The notes: generated by a model from the letters alone, not told the origin. Positions 44,102-56,910 are shown, counted from the stretch's first letter. The stretch is 64,000 nt of DNA from Corallochytrium limacisporum Hawaii (GCA_002811645.1 PDIP01000001.1:202686-266685); one strand, 5' to 3'. Numbers and translations are program-made.

Positions 44102-46315
44102 TTACTCTTCCGTCTGTTCGAACTTGATGATGACGGCGTTCTGGTTGACAAGGTCGCCAGACTTGAAGTTGACTTTCTCGACCTTGCCACTGATGGGGGC
44201 GCGCAGAGTGTGCTCCATCTTCATGGCCTCAAGCAGAACCAGAGGCGTCTCCTTCTCCACAACAGCGCCCTCTTCGACGAGGATCTTCTCAATCTTACCG
44301 GTCATAGGAGCCAGGATAGAGTCCATGTCCACTGCATGCGACAACAGACCAACATACTTGGGCTGCGGGACGTTGAACTTATGGGCAGAGTGCTTGTTGA
44401 ATACGTAGATTGTGTCACCATCCATGACCACCTTGGCATCGGAGCCACGGTCTCCACACTGCAGGGACATGGCGCCAATTTCGTTGTCGCTGACGGAACC
44501 AACGACGGGGAAATCGTGGGTCTGCTTGGTGACGGGGTCTACGTAGGCGATCTCGTAGTGGTCATAGTCGGAGCGAGTAATGTTCACATCCACATCGCCT
44601 GCGGGATGCTCGAGGCTAATGGTGTGCTTGAATGGACGGTTGGGACGGAAGCTGGAGCTCTTGTTCCAGGGGCTGGTAGCGTCGTGCTGGGCATAGGGGT
44701 AGTCCCAGTTGGTAGCCAAACGCTCGGCGTTCAAGAAGCCGACAACGGCCTGGGCCACGGAATCGGGATCGGGGAAAGGAGGCTGCTCAGGGAAGAGCTC
44801 CTTCTCGTAATTGGGAATGAAACCGGTCTCGACATCACCGCGAATGAAAGCGGGGTGCTTTGCAATAACCTTCAGGAATTCAATGTTTGTGGGCAGACCG
44901 ACGACGTGGTACTGGTCCAGGCAGTCGATCAGCTTCCGCAGCGCCTGCTGGCGGTCGATACCGTGGACGACAAGCTTTGCGATCATCGGATCGTAGTAGA
45001 CGGTTACCTCATCACCCTGGCGTACGCCGGTCTCAACACGGACTTCCCTCACGGGCTCCGGGGTGGCCAGGTGCTTCAAGGGACCGGCAGCGGGCAGGAA
45101 CTGGTTATCCGGGTCTTCAGCGTAGATGCGGGCCTCGAAGGAGTGACCGTTGATCTTAATGTCCTCCTGTTTGATCTCAAGGGGGAAACCGGAAGCGGCA
45201 CGGACCTGCCACTCAACCAAATCAACACCGGTGATGTATTCCGTGACCGGGTGCTCAACCTGCAGACGAGTGTTCATTTCCATAAAGTAGAAATTCTCCT
45301 GGGCATCCATGATGAACTCGACGGTGCCGGCACCTACATAGTTGACCGCCTCAGCCGCGCGCACTGCGGCCATACCAATCTCCTGGCGGGTCTTCTCACT
45401 CAGATGGGGTGCTGGGGCTTCCTCAATGATCTTCTGATGACGACGCTGCACGGAGCAGTCACGCTCAAACAGATGCACTGTGTTTCCGTGCTTGTCGGCA
45501 AACACCTGGACCTCAACGTGGCGGGGACGGCTCACGTACTTCTCGATCAGAACGACATCATCACTGAAAGACTTCATAGCCTCACGCTTGGCAGCCTCCA
45601 ACATTTCTTGGAACTTGTCCGCGCTCTCCACAATCCGCATACCCTTACCACCGCCACCGAGGACGGCCTTGATCATGACCGGGTAACCGATACGCTCAGC
45701 TTCCTTCTGCAGGGTCTCGAGGTTCTGGTCCTCGCCGTGGTAACCCTCAATGATCGGCACATTGGCAGCACTCATGATCTTCTTACTTTCGCTCTTGGAA
45801 CCCATGGAACGGATGGCACTGCTAGGGGGACCGATGAACTCAATGCCTTCCTTCTTCAGCAGATCCGCAAAATCAGCATTTTCGGACATGAAACCATAGC
45901 CAGGGTGCACGGCCTGGGCACCGCTGCGATGGATTACTTCTACAATCTTTTCCCGGTTCAGATAAGATTCCGCAGAAGGCGCAGGTCCCACACAGTAAGC
46001 CTCGTCGGCCATCTTCACGTGCATACTGTGGCGGTCAGCCTCGGAGTAGATCGCGACAGTCTTGATACCAAACTTCTTGCAAGTGCGCATCACACGGCAG
46101 GCAATTTCACCACGGTTGGCGATGAGAATTTTGTCGAAAAGCTTGGCCTCACCAACTTCTTCCCGAGCTGCCTGGGCAGAGTAGAATCGGCTCTGACGCA
46201 GTCCACTGCTCTGCGCCAGGCTCCAGGCCAGAGGGATACCGACCCTGCCCTGCGTAAAGGCAGTGTTGGTCAGCATCCGTCGGCCAGCGACGCCTAGGAG
46301 CATCGCTGTTGCCAT
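44102..46315 (-). CDS. MCCC1: Methylcrotonoyl-CoA carboxylase alpha (biotin carboxylase + biotinyl domain)
   Basis: KILIANRGEIACRV, MGSKSESKKIM..VPIIEGYHGEDQ, ERDCSVQRRHQK, YDPMIAKL, biotin site EAMKMEH. Confidence 0.93.
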   Translation of the reverse strand: MATAMLLGVAGRRMLTNTAFTQGRVGIPLAWSLAQSSGLRQSRFYSAQAAREEVGEAKLFDKILIANRGEIACRVMRTCKKFGIKTVAIYSEADRHSMHVKMADEAYCVGPAPSAESYLNREKIVEVIHRSGAQAVHPGYGFMSENADFADLLKKEGIEFIGPPSSAIRSMGSKSESKKIMSAANVPIIEGYHGEDQNLETLQKEAERIGYPVMIKAVLGGGGKGMRIVESADKFQEMLEAAKREAMKSFSDDVVLIEKYVSRPRHVEVQVFADKHGNTVHLFERDCSVQRRHQKIIEEAPAPHLSEKTRQEIGMAAVRAAEAVNYVGAGTVEFIMDAQENFYFMEMNTRLQVEHPVTEYITGVDLVEWQVRAASGFPLEIKQEDIKINGHSFEARIYAEDPDNQFLPAAGPLKHLATPEPVREVRVETGVRQGDEVTVYYDPMIAKLVVHGIDRQQALRKLIDCLDQYHVVGLPTNIEFLKVIAKHPAFIRGDVETGFIPNYEKELFPEQPPFPDPDSVAQAVVGFLNAERLATNWDYPYAQHDATSPWNKSSSFRPNRPFKHTISLEHPAGDVDVNITRSDYDHYEIAYVDPVTKQTHDFPVVGSVSDNEIGAMSLQCGDRGSDAKVVMDGDTIYVFNKHSAHKFNVPQPKYVGLLSHAVDMDSILAPMTGKIEKILVEEGAVVEKETPLVLLEAMKMEHTLRAPISGKVEKVNFKSGDLVNQNAVIIKFEQTEE

Positions 46316-47950
46316 GGCTAATATGATCTAAAGTACAATTGACCCGTTTCTTCCTCTTACTCAACAAGAAATTCTTCAGATTGTACAGAGCTAACCTCTC
46401 TAAGAACGGCAAGCCCTGGTACGTATTTCTACCTTCCTTTCGAAGTATCGTACGCAGATATTGACCCTGATACAGAGCTCGATCTACATTTAGTCATGTA
46501 GAAATATGCAAATCTGTTTATCGCAATCATGTAGCTGTCGTGCGCGCACTCTTCCGTAGTGGAAACATGCCCACGCTCGCACAGCCTTCCCAAGCGCAGT
46601 CCGTGAGACTTCCAAACGGTCACTCCTGCTCCCGGGGACTCTGTGTGATTCCGTTCTGCGAGAAAATTGGACCCAGACAGACCGTGGGGGCAGGGAGGGG
46701 GGCACCCTCCATTCGGTCACCACCGCACGGAAGGGCAGTGAGACCTTCCGTACATTCACTACCATACGCACACCTCCAGCCGCACACGACGGGGCAGGTC
46801 GTGAGAAAAACGACGTGCGAGAGGTCTGGAGCACAGGAGGGGGGGGGGGGGGGAGTGTTCAGCAGGCCCCAGGCGCAGCAAGCCCCGGGGTCGTAGTTGT
46901 GTACGCAAAGAAAACAACAAGGAAAAATCAAACGAAATGGGGAAACACAGGGGCTACTGAGTAGGGACCGCAGTGCGCAATCGAGAAAGCACAGTACATT
47001 CACTACTGCAGGTCGGCGCTCTCTCTCTTTGTTTGCCAGTGGAGAGAGAGAGCTATTGCAGACGAAAGGGAAAAAAAAGAAAACGGGGAGAGAACACGAG
47101 AAAGCATCTCGCTGCCCCGTGCGTATGTGTACCTACTACGTCCCCTACTTTATGTATGCAAAGGGAAAGCAAAGCGGAAGAGAGCGCGATGGAGATGTTG
47201 TGTGTACCTATCTGTATGTGTTTGTGCATATAGATGATGACACCGTCGTGGATCATCACCATCGGTCTTGGAGTCGGTCTGGTTCGGTGTCTTTCCCGCG
47301 TAGGGTTGTTGGCCAGCTGATGAGAGCATGTTCGGTTGCGTGTCCTGGACAAGTCTTCGTTTAAGCACCGAGAGAAAAAACATGGGAGAACGAGGGGCCC
47401 AGGGGGAGAAGAAACGACGACACAGCCGCGCAAACTGCGAAGAAGAGGACACCAAGCGTGATGCACGGAACTGAGTAATGATGCCCCTGATGGAATGCGA
47501 ACGGGCAACGGTGTGCTCGCTCACCGCCGCTAGCGGGCTGTTGCGCAGAACTGGAATTAAACTTTGTTTCTTTGCCCTGGGGAGCGACTGGCCCCTGGTC
47601 TTCCTGCGCTGCGCCTAGCGGGGCGTATTACCGAGCTGCCCAGGCTGAGCACTCGGAGGGACCCCTCCCCTCCCTTACTCCTTCTTTCGCTCTGGCCTTG
47701 GGGTCAAATTTCTCCCTTTTTCCTTATTTTCCCAAGCCTAATTCTGCACAGGGACCGAAATACGAAAGTGAATCAAAAGTGGCGAATCTTATGGTAATGA
47801 GATATTCATGTAGGTAATTAAAAAAATCAACAAAGGTCGCTGAGGAGGGGTCAAGTCGGTATGTTATATATGGATATCGTCCTCCCGTCCCGACCCCCCT
47901 TCCCACACATTGATTTCTGGATTCTTGCGCAATTGCGGACCGCTAGTCCT

Positions 47951-48919
47951 CTACTTTGGGTCCTCCGCCTCGTAGGATGGCGGTGACCACGGCGGTGGAG
48001 CCTCCTCTACATTCTGCAGACCACCAGACGACGATGGTCCTCCAGCACTGCTAGACCCTGCAGTAGACCGCTGAGCTGGTGGCGGGTAGCTGTTGTACGA
48101 GGTCGACGACCCGACAGCTGGGGTGGATGGTTGGCTCGTTGAGCTCGATGGGTATGGTAGAGGATGTGCACTGGTAGGCTGACTGGCCACCGGGGCACTG
48201 TTGTGCTCAATAGCAGATGCACTGGGCGTATTAGAGTAGCTCGCACCCCGCGGATTGACCGTCGCGCTGGGGTGATTGATGAAGGAGAAAGTAATGGTCA
48301 GACGAGTCTTCAACGCCTTGGAAGACTTTTTCCACCGTTCCAGTTCGAACTCATCGTGAGACTCAATCTTAGCTTCCTCTGCAGGATTGAACTTGCTCTT
48401 CGCCATGGTCACGGTCACTCCGCACTGGGATTTCCAGCGCTTGTCTGTTTCCTCGACGTAGACTTCGATCCTGCGCATTAGCTTCTCCGACTTGGCCTTG
48501 TACCGGCCGTCGCAAGTCACAGACCAGCAGCATGCAAAGGGGCACCACAGGCAGCACGTGAACATTGCTGTAGTCCAGCAGCAGTTCATCTGCTTCTGGA
48601 CGCCGAACATGTGCTTGTTCCACTTGGTCAATCTCTTGTTCAGGTCGTTAATGAAGAGTGCATACTCTTGGGGGCTGATAATGCCCTGAAGCATAGTTGT
48701 GGGATAGGTTGCGTCATAGAGACCATCTGTTCCGTAGATTGGGCTCAAGGACATAGTGCAGGGCCGGTCAGACAGGGGATGTGTTTGCAGCGGACTCATC
48801 TGTGCTCCGGTACCACGCATGGCCGCTTGGCTGGCGTGATCCGACGGGAGAACAGGAGGCATTGCCGTCATCCTATAACTTTCCTGCTGAGCAGGTTGTG
48901 ACTTTTTCTTAAAGGCCAT
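47951..48919 (-). CDS. Erf4/Golgin-A7/CHIC-like cysteine-rich protein with PY motifs
   Basis: YDATYP..LQGIISPQEY...INDLN and Cys cluster CCWTTAMFTCCLWCPFACC follow the CHIC/Erf4 pattern; Pro-rich tail with PPSY. Confidence 0.7.
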   Translation of the reverse strand: MAFKKKSQPAQQESYRMTAMPPVLPSDHASQAAMRGTGAQMSPLQTHPLSDRPCTMSLSPIYGTDGLYDATYPTTMLQGIISPQEYALFINDLNKRLTKWNKHMFGVQKQMNCCWTTAMFTCCLWCPFACCWSVTCDGRYKAKSEKLMRRIEVYVEETDKRWKSQCGVTVTMAKSKFNPAEEAKIESHDEFELERWKKSSKALKTRLTITFSFINHPSATVNPRGASYSNTPSASAIEHNSAPVASQPTSAHPLPYPSSSTSQPSTPAVGSSTSYNSYPPPAQRSTAGSSSAGGPSSSGGLQNVEEAPPPWSPPSYEAEDPK

Positions 48920-49932
48920 ATCGAAAAATTAGCCTCTTCCTTATATCATTGAACTGGCCCTGTTTCTGACTCGGCGAGATGCAAGCCTAGGGCGTGACGA
49001 TACTGTGACATCCTGACATGACAGGGTGATCAAGGACCTGGGCCGCCATAAATACCCAACCACGCGTTGAGCGGTCCACGATACTAATGGGGTCCAATGT
49101 GTGGTCCAAGCTTATCTTTCGTAGACGCAAGTCATTCCTTTTGATACACCCATCTTGACAGCCAACCCCGATGTGGCCGGTGTAATATCCTCACCATCAG
49201 AAATCAGAAGCGAGTGCAAATTGGCAACGACCCACCCCTCCCCTCCTCCTCTGGCAAAAGCCGGTCGACCGAAAACTCGTCCGCCGGGTGGCTCAAGTCC
49301 GTGTGCGGTAATAATGTACAGACCGCTGGATATCTGGTCGTCGCATCGGCACCATAGGCCTACCATGCACTGCACTTTCTGTAATCTGTTTGCTCCCATG
49401 GCTCGTCCAACCCGGTTGCCGGTGAATGCCAACCGCAATGGCAGACAAATCAAACTCCCCCTTCGGATAAAAATAAACCCGCACCACGGCCTAGTGGCTT
49501 TGCCCAGCATGCACTCTTCTGTTTCTATACTTCCAGTACCAGAATTTCACCAGCCACTGCACCACTGGGACCCAAAGTCGAGACATCATTGATTCCCAAA
49601 TTCTTGCCCCGCGGCAAAGAAGTCTCGTGATTGCCTCCAGTCCCGTTTTGCCCCCGACCCTTCTGCCGTTCTAACTTTCTGTGCACCATTCATTCAGTAT
49701 AGAAAGGCCCTTTGCCATCCCAGGAGAGACTCTCCAGTTTTTCGTTCAGACTCTGGCTGCCCACAAAAAGTTGCAATGGCGGGTAGAGCCGAGGGGCAGA
49801 GGGAGGGGAAGAGACCGCACTTTGGAAAAAAAACCACACACAATAACTAACGCATTAGCAGGCCTCTGGCCTGCCTTTGGGAATTCTCTCGTGGTACGTG
49901 TTGTAAACGTAAAATAAAAAAAAAAGGTGGTT

Positions 49933-50162
49933 NNNNNNNNNNNNNNNNNNNNNNNNNNNNNNNNNNNNNNNNNNNNNNNNNNNNNNNNNNNNNNNNNNNN
50001 NNNNNNNNNNNNNNNNNNNNNNNNNNNNNNNNNNNNNNNNNNNNNNNNNNNNNNNNNNNNNNNNNNNNNNNNNNNNNNNNNNNNNNNNNNNNNNNNNNNN
50101 NNNNNNNNNNNNNNNNNNNNNNNNNNNNNNNNNNNNNNNNNNNNNNNNNNNNNNNNNNNNNN
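49933..50162. other. Assembly gap (N run)
   Basis: Run of N. Confidence 1.
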
Positions 50163-53100
50163 GGGGGGGGCAAGAAACTTTAAGCAAGCCCTCTCCCTTC
50201 CGTTGATGAAAACAGCCACATAAAGAACCCCCGAACTAAACCCTCACCCCCCACCCCCCGCCTTTTCTTCTTATTGTTTTTCTCTGGCCTCGCCACCCAA
50301 ACCCTCCGTGTCTCCGCCTTGGCATGGTTTGATCACCTGGGCGGGGTTTTGTCCCACTGGTCAGAGGCAACATGTCGAGTGAAGGGCGAGTTCGTTTCAC
50401 TGCGATTGCTGAACATTTCACATAGGCGCGCAGATCGTGTTGTGTGCGGGTTGAGGTCAGGTATAGGATCCTCCGATCATTCTGCATTTAGCAAGTCTTA
50501 AGGTTTATTCTGTTTAAACGGACGGTGCTCGTGCCGGTATGGTGTCGGAGTGGGCATTGAGTGACATGATGATCATTGTGTAATTAAGTGCCGCACCGCA
50601 ACATCGGTCTGTTGTAAGCCCGGCCATGGTCATTGTGGATGCCGCGCGGTTGCGCTATCGTGTATAGCACTAAGAATAACAAGGCACGGTGTCCGTGATA
50701 GATCGCAATCCATCATGCTATGGTCACATATGGTCAGGTGCACAATGGAATGAACCGTACAGAATGCAGACACAGTGTGTAGTATGGGTGCTTGGACTCT
50801 CGGGGCCGGGCGATGATGATAAGAAGAATGTTATGAAAGGAGGAGTATTCCATATGAGTTGGCAGCAACATGACAAGATCCGAGGGGTACCAGAACAGGC
50901 AGGCCTTAACTTCAATGCATCATCCACAGCGAGGCTTTGACGCAAGCAAGTTCATATCGTGCAGGGGAATGCGAGCGCCGAAGGTTCAAAACGGGAACAA
51001 CAGTCAACCACAGAATCCCCGGCGAACCTCATTTGCTTCTTGTCGTGACGGTCGTCGGCTTTTGTTTCCAACATCCAATACCAACCTGGTTCGCACCAGC
51101 GTTGTCTTTTCACCACGCACTCTTCTACGTTGCGGACAGCTGGCGCTGCAATGAGGTAGAAGAGTGTCAAATAGTACGCGGATGATGATAACGACGATAA
51201 CCGGCCCTCTTTCTGTGTGTGGGTGGCTTTGCACAAACCGCCAAAGCTCTCTCAGAACTACACCATACACTTACTATACAAATTGCCAACGAGAGGATTT
51301 CGCAGCGCAACCGGGCGAGAGAGATAGCGGCCCTACCTGCGCCCTTGCCCTCCGGTTTCCTGGCCCTGGGAAATGGGGCGGAACTAGGAATACCAGACAG
51401 CAGCAACCTTTTTTTTTTACCTGTCGGTTTGCCCAACCTTGCCTCCGGAGAAAACGACCGAAAAAGTCCCCCGATTTCGCGGTACATTCAATACTGAAAC
51501 AAATATTCACCACCGAAAGGCTGGGCCAAGATTCAGGGTGGGATTACTGGCTTTGCGGGAAAGGCAGCTAACGAAGGACGGACAGGAAGGATCGGCGGTG
51601 GAAAGGATGGCTGTGGCCAATTTCAGTAGTAAACAACCGGAGAAACCCTGTCCGAGCGTGGAAAAACGAGACAGCGGATGAAGAAAATTTCTTCCTTGTC
51701 CCTTCTGGAGCGTTTATCTCTGGAGGCAAGAACTTGTAGTACAAATCCTATACTCAAGGAGACCGTATGCTGGTCTGGAGCCCCAAGACTTCAAGAGACG
51801 TCGTGGTAGCACGAAAACTAAGAAGATTAGGATAGCTGTATCTTCCTCCATCTCGTAATGAGTTTTTGTCCCGTGCTTTTAATATCGATACACTGGCTGG
51901 ATTCTGCGACCTCGAGTACCGACTGGTAGGTTAAGGTATTATCGTGTATGTGTTGAGTTCCCTTTTAACAATTGGGTGCCGTTTCTCAATTTGGCCGAGA
52001 GATCTGAGGGGAGCGTCTCGAATTACGGCGCAGGGGTCGGCCATGATGTGCTGAAATCATCAACGCTCTAGTTCTTTCATTCCTCAGTTCGTTCCTAACG
52101 CTTGCCTCTCTGGATGTGCATGTGACACTCTTTCCTCTCTCTCTCTCTTATTCTCTCTCTCTCTCTCCACTCTGTCACTTTCCGTAGGTCGAGAGAAGGT
52201 CTCCCCTCGCCGGCCGCCATCGTTTTGGGGGGGGGGGGTGAGCTGAGCGATACTAGCAGCGGGTGATACCCAATATGTATGTATTTTAGCACACAGAATT
52301 TGCTCCTTGGGCTTTCTCTTCGTGAAATCGGTGCTTGCGGATGGCCCCCCCCCCCTCTTTCTTCCCCAAAGGAGCTGTTTATCCTGTCCCAGATATGGAA
52401 ATTGCTTTTCCTTCCATTTAAACTCTCAGTAGTGAATATACCGCAGTGCACAACAGACTACTGTCCCGAGCCCTCACTGGTCTGTTCCCAGTACTTTCGC
52501 AATGGAGCGGAGCTGTGGCAGTCTGTGTTTATTCACTGTAAACCCTAACATATCAATCATATGGATTAGATGGAAAGGAGGGCAAGGGTCACTGGCCCTT
52601 CCTGGTTGCGCAGACGCGCTTTGCGGCCCCATGCCCTAGTATGCCAAACGACCAGTGAAACGCGCCCGAAGCTTCCCGGGCAGATCACGGTGAGAGCCAT
52701 CGCAAGGCAATACAGAACGCCGTGCGCTTGATGTAGGAATGAAGAAATAAATACTGTGCCCAGAATGTGTACAAGTGAAAGACATGGAGTTGAGAGCCAA
52801 AATCTGATCTCTTCATACTCTGTATGTCGTTTTCCAACGACTTTACGTGACACTAAACATTCCGTGCTGGACTATGATCTAGATCGTGTGACGTTCAGGG
52901 ATCTCCATACAATGAACTACAGCTATTAGGCCTTAGTGCTGAGGAGACGGATCGGTAAGACAAATTCGTGGACATTCAACAATTAGTTTGGTTGGAATTT
53001 CTTTAAGTAGTGATGCTATTAAGGGCCGTTCAGGAGGCTGACGGTCTTCATTGCCGAGAAAAAGGCGCCCACGGATCACTCCGGAATGGCCGTTCCCGTA

Positions 53101-53199
53101 GGCGCTACCGATTAAAAAAGTGGACCAGAGGTCCTAGGCTACGAGACAACTCTGACCATTTAGACTAATGGCTTACAAATTAACTATATGAAATACTCC

Positions 53200-53460
53200 G
53201 ATGACGGCGAGAGAGTCAATAAACTGGGTTCTGATGATTGAAATCTGATGCACTTGGTAACCTTAGTGGTGACTTGTCGCACTAACAGCTCGGGCGTTCA
53301 TTGTACAAGCACCCAGTTTGGTTGTCGTCATCTGGATACCAGTGTTGAGGATCTCGTCCAGCTTCGCGTCGTCCATGGTTGGTTCTGAATGGGAGGCGAC
53401 GTCAGCAGCGGCAATGGCGGCCATGGCGGCCACCGCAACAGTTTGGAGGAGTACGTCCAT
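53200..53460 (-). pseudogene. Degenerate paralog of the secreted WCG-family protein
   Basis: Signal peptide MDVLLQTVAVAAMAAIAAAD resembles the 56323-56910 N-terminus; downstream SC*CDKS / KCIRFQ resembles WCGEKA / GCISFH across stops and frameshifts. Confidence 0.5.
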
Positions 53461-53942
53461 GTCTGCTTTGTTCTATTGGGGATTTTGGTATTACGAATAC
53501 CTATAACGCAATCACTTCTTCAAATCCCCGCAGGTTAGTCTTAAGTACCCGATCTCATTCCTCCACATCATCTCCGCCTGCCATGCTCGCTACTGCCTGC
53601 ACAATTGTGTGTCGTCCCACCTGTGGTCTAGCGTACACCCAGTGTGATCTGGCATGTTCCGCCGTGTGGAGCTATGCACTCAGCACAACATCTACAACGG
53701 TGTGGTCGGCAGTTGAGGTGATCAAGGGAAAAAACCATTCCTAGCTACCAACCCTAAGAGCAATTGCGGACCCAAACCCCCCTTCTCCCTTTTTTCTTCG
53801 CAGACCTCGTCTGCGACCTGAAACAAATTCTCGCTGGCCTTCAGAAGTATTTTTTTCTTCTTTGTTCGAGGGTGGGTTTCTCAGTCCCGAAACGCTCGGT
53901 ACGCCCCGTGGCCCCGCTCTGCGGATAGAGACAACCCCCAAT

Positions 53943-53970
53943 ACACACACACACACACACACACACACAC
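53943..53970. repeat. (AC)n microsatellite
   Basis: Seen directly. Confidence 0.95.
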
Positions 53971-55429
53971 CGGATTTGCGGTTCAGTTCAAACCCCCTCA
54001 CCGCCACCCACCCATCCCGCACTGTGGCTCTCTCCGGACCTTGTGAGTTCCCATAGGTTTTGCACTTTGCCGCGCTTTGGGTCTGCAGTTCCCACACACA
54101 CATACACACACCGCGGGAGCGAGCCCCCCCCCCCCTTTTTCCCCAAATCGCGATTCACCTTTGGCTTTTTCGCAGAAAACGCAAGCGTCACCCCGCGTGC
54201 ACACGACAAGAACACTGGCTCTTTAAGCCCCCCACCGGCCAGCCCATTGGGTACGGGCACCCTCGTCGTTCACACTGAGGTGATAATGTCTTCCCGCCCC
54301 CGTCACGCCTGCGCTCTCTTCCCCCCCCGCCATTGCGCAGTTGTGTTGGGTACATTTTCCACCCACACAATACAAAGTTGTCCGTATTACACGCACACCA
54401 AAGGAAAAAAAAAAGAATGGGGGGGGGAGAGGCAAGGGTGGGTTCGCGCGCTCGTTTGTATTGGGCACACTGCTTCCCCTTCTTGGGCGGCCCGCACCAC
54501 TACCACACCCCCTGGCCTCAGAACTGGATCTTGGACGGGGCCTATGCCAGAAAGTACTGTACATTTACTACTGGATGGCTCGGGGTACCCGAAGGAATGC
54601 ATACCTACTATATTTTTTTTTGCGCTTACGCCGAGATGCTCCAGCTGTGAAAAAAACTAACTACGTAGTATTAGGTTCCCTTCCAGAGATCATTTTCTGC
54701 TTGCGGGTAGCAACTACCTGGGTGTGATATGATAGTTCCTGTATTCATTTGCTAGTGTAGATCTCCTCCAACCGCACAGTTTAGGATCCTTTCCAGGAAT
54801 CTTTGGTGCCTTTAGGTACGACTCCGAGGCAGTGTTTTTTTCCCTGTCAGTGGTCCCCTTCACTGTCATTGTAGGCCTGGAACGAAAAACTGCTTCGGTT
54901 GACGTGCCCAGCCGTCGCAGAAAACGCCTTGCGCAACCTACTATGGTGGCCCTACTCGGGAGCCTAAAGTTGTCTAAGCGGTTAAGTCACTCACCCAAGA
55001 AAATCCCCCGCTCTTGTCGCAGCACAGCTCACTGCCGAATCAGTTTACGCCCTCGACAAACGGTGAGCAATGACGTTGGGCTTTAGACCCCCGAGGTGAA
55101 AAGCGTGGTACTGTCTCGTCTCCATGGATGCCAAAGTGTCTTGTGCGCCTTAATGTTATGTTATGTAAGCGATGAGCGCTGTGTCCACAAAACCCTTTGC
55201 TGGACACTTTGCAAAACACAAAGTCGCTTCACATACACCTAGGTCTTCTGGGCATCGGAGGCGGCAGCAGCCACGGTGACTAGGGCGAAGATATTGTCTT
55301 GAAGAACCATGCCCCAGTTTCACACTCTAACTCAATCCCGTGGCATAAGAACCCTTGAGACATGATGTCTCGGTGTGCTGCGTAACCAGCGTATGCGAGA
55401 GACCCCGGCCACTGTACTGTCCTGCAACA

Positions 55430-55880
55430 AGACACCCAACGCATTTATGAGTAGATGAAAATCGCATCCACTATTCATGAGATAGACAAGGCAGTCGCCA
55501 TGGATTCCAGAATGGGTGCATTAGCTTCCATGTTGATCCTGACTCCCATAAGATGACTACCACAACATGGTCTGCCAAATTTGGAGGTCTCGTCGAGGTT
55601 GATGGATCGTCTACCCGTGGTCAGTTCCCTGAAGTCAACGGGGCCATTCCCGACATCAAGGTGAACAATGACCAGACCTACACCCTAAGGACTTCTTTCG
55701 AGGATGAGGAAAGGATCTGGAAGACAAGGGATCTCTCCACCGTGATTTTGATCAGGGCATCATCACCGGACAAATGGGACTGGCCTAATACTACGGCCGG
55801 CAGTCTGACCCCCCCCCCAAAAAGCAGACTCGTACGTGAACTGTGGGTTGTGTCAAGTCTTGTCCCTGCTTAGGCGACCA
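55430..55880 (+). pseudogene. Frameshifted paralog of the 58986-59630 secreted protein
   Basis: DKAVAMD..CISFHVDPDSHKMTTTTWSAKFGG and nucleotides ggccggcagtctgacccc..tcgtacgtga align to 59210-59600 with frameshifts. Confidence 0.8.
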
Positions 55881-55951
55881 CCTTTCCCTCCCCAATTGGC
55901 AGGGACGATCTCTTATGGGCTGAGAGGGCCAACTTTTTGACTTTAACATGA

Positions 55952-56222
55952 TGGTTTCGTGGGTGAGAAGGTACCGATCGTCGACATCACCTCAACCTTC
56001 TTGGACTCCACCGGTGGAATTGTGGACCGTTTCCGTGGAACCAGCGAAATGGGACTGGGCTACTACTACGGCCGGCAGTCTGACCCCAACAACGCGAATT
56101 CGTACGTGACCTGTGGGATGTGGGTATGGCCAATCTGTATAGAGTAGGCAGCTTAGCTGCGCACTTTCCCTTTCGCTTCCCCACCAGCAGGGAAGTCCTC
56201 TCGTGGGTTGGGACGGACAAGA
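55952..56222 (+). repeat. 271-nt near-identical copy of the 3' end and 3' flank of the gene at 59435-59705 (5'-truncated gene fragment)
   Basis: Direct alignment at offset 3483; 11 mismatches, all in the coding part. Confidence 0.95.
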
Positions 56223-56322
56223 ATACAACTTGTTGACTTTAACATGATGTATGTAAATGAAAATGAACTGGTAGAGGGAAACACGGTGCCGGAGAGGAGA
56301 AAGTGCTTGTGATTTAGTTTTA

Positions 56323-56910
56323 TCAACATCTTGCGATTCCAAAGATGACACACTGCAGCTTCTCGTTATCATCACTACCAGGAACAGCCACCGGAGGGAA
56401 GTAGTAAACACTCCACATCTGGTTTTGGTTCCAGAGTCTGGGCGTGCTGAATGTGACATCTTCCAGGAGGCTGACGTCCGGGAAGTCGTAGATATGTTCA
56501 GTGCCTTCGTAGCCCATACTCAGACTGAAGGCCTGACTCTCGCCAATCTGGAGGTCCTTGGCCCATTGAAGGTACCACTTTTTATTCGGATCCTGCTTAG
56601 CTTTCAGGTGTACCTCCCCTTCATCAGTGGTAATACTGCCTTCTAGTGGTTCACGGTAGGTCACGACAATTTGACCGTCATCTTCTTTCATGAACCAGGT
56701 TGCGCACCTGATCGTGGTCTCAAGTTTTTTGGCTTTCGATCCACACCAGTACTCCTGCATGGAGCCCAAGTAGAATCCAGCATGATCGGCCCCAACGATG
56801 TCGTTCAGCATCGCCTCGTACACAGCAGTCTCGAACGGATCGGTCGCAGGATCGGCGCCAGCCATGGTGGCAAGAGCCAAGACGGAAAAAGTCTTTAGAA
56901 ATGCGTTCAT
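56323..56910 (-). CDS. Uncharacterised secreted protein (WCG family)
   Basis: Signal peptide; FYLGSMQEYWCGSKAKKLETTIRC..PLEGSI aligns with the 58986 gene VYYGPCSRFWCGEKASTMDVSIGC..KLEGSI. Confidence 0.85.
   Translation of the reverse strand: MNAFLKTFSVLALATMAGADPATDPFETAVYEAMLNDIVGADHAGFYLGSMQEYWCGSKAKKLETTIRCATWFMKEDDGQIVVTYREPLEGSITTDEGEVHLKAKQDPNKKWYLQWAKDLQIGESQAFSLSMGYEGTEHIYDFPDVSLLEDVTFSTPRLWNQNQMWSVYYFPPVAVPGSDDNEKLQCVIFGIARC

Noticed and set aside
44210-46297. 695-aa plus-strand ORF
   Set aside because: Antisense shadow of MCCC1 caused by codon bias. The same applies to 23990-24670, 21023-21754, 31665-32366 and 62339-63196.
52538-52549. AAACCCTAAC telomerase-template/telobox-like motif (similar at 59715)
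   Set aside because: Isolated short matches expected by chance; no supporting structure.
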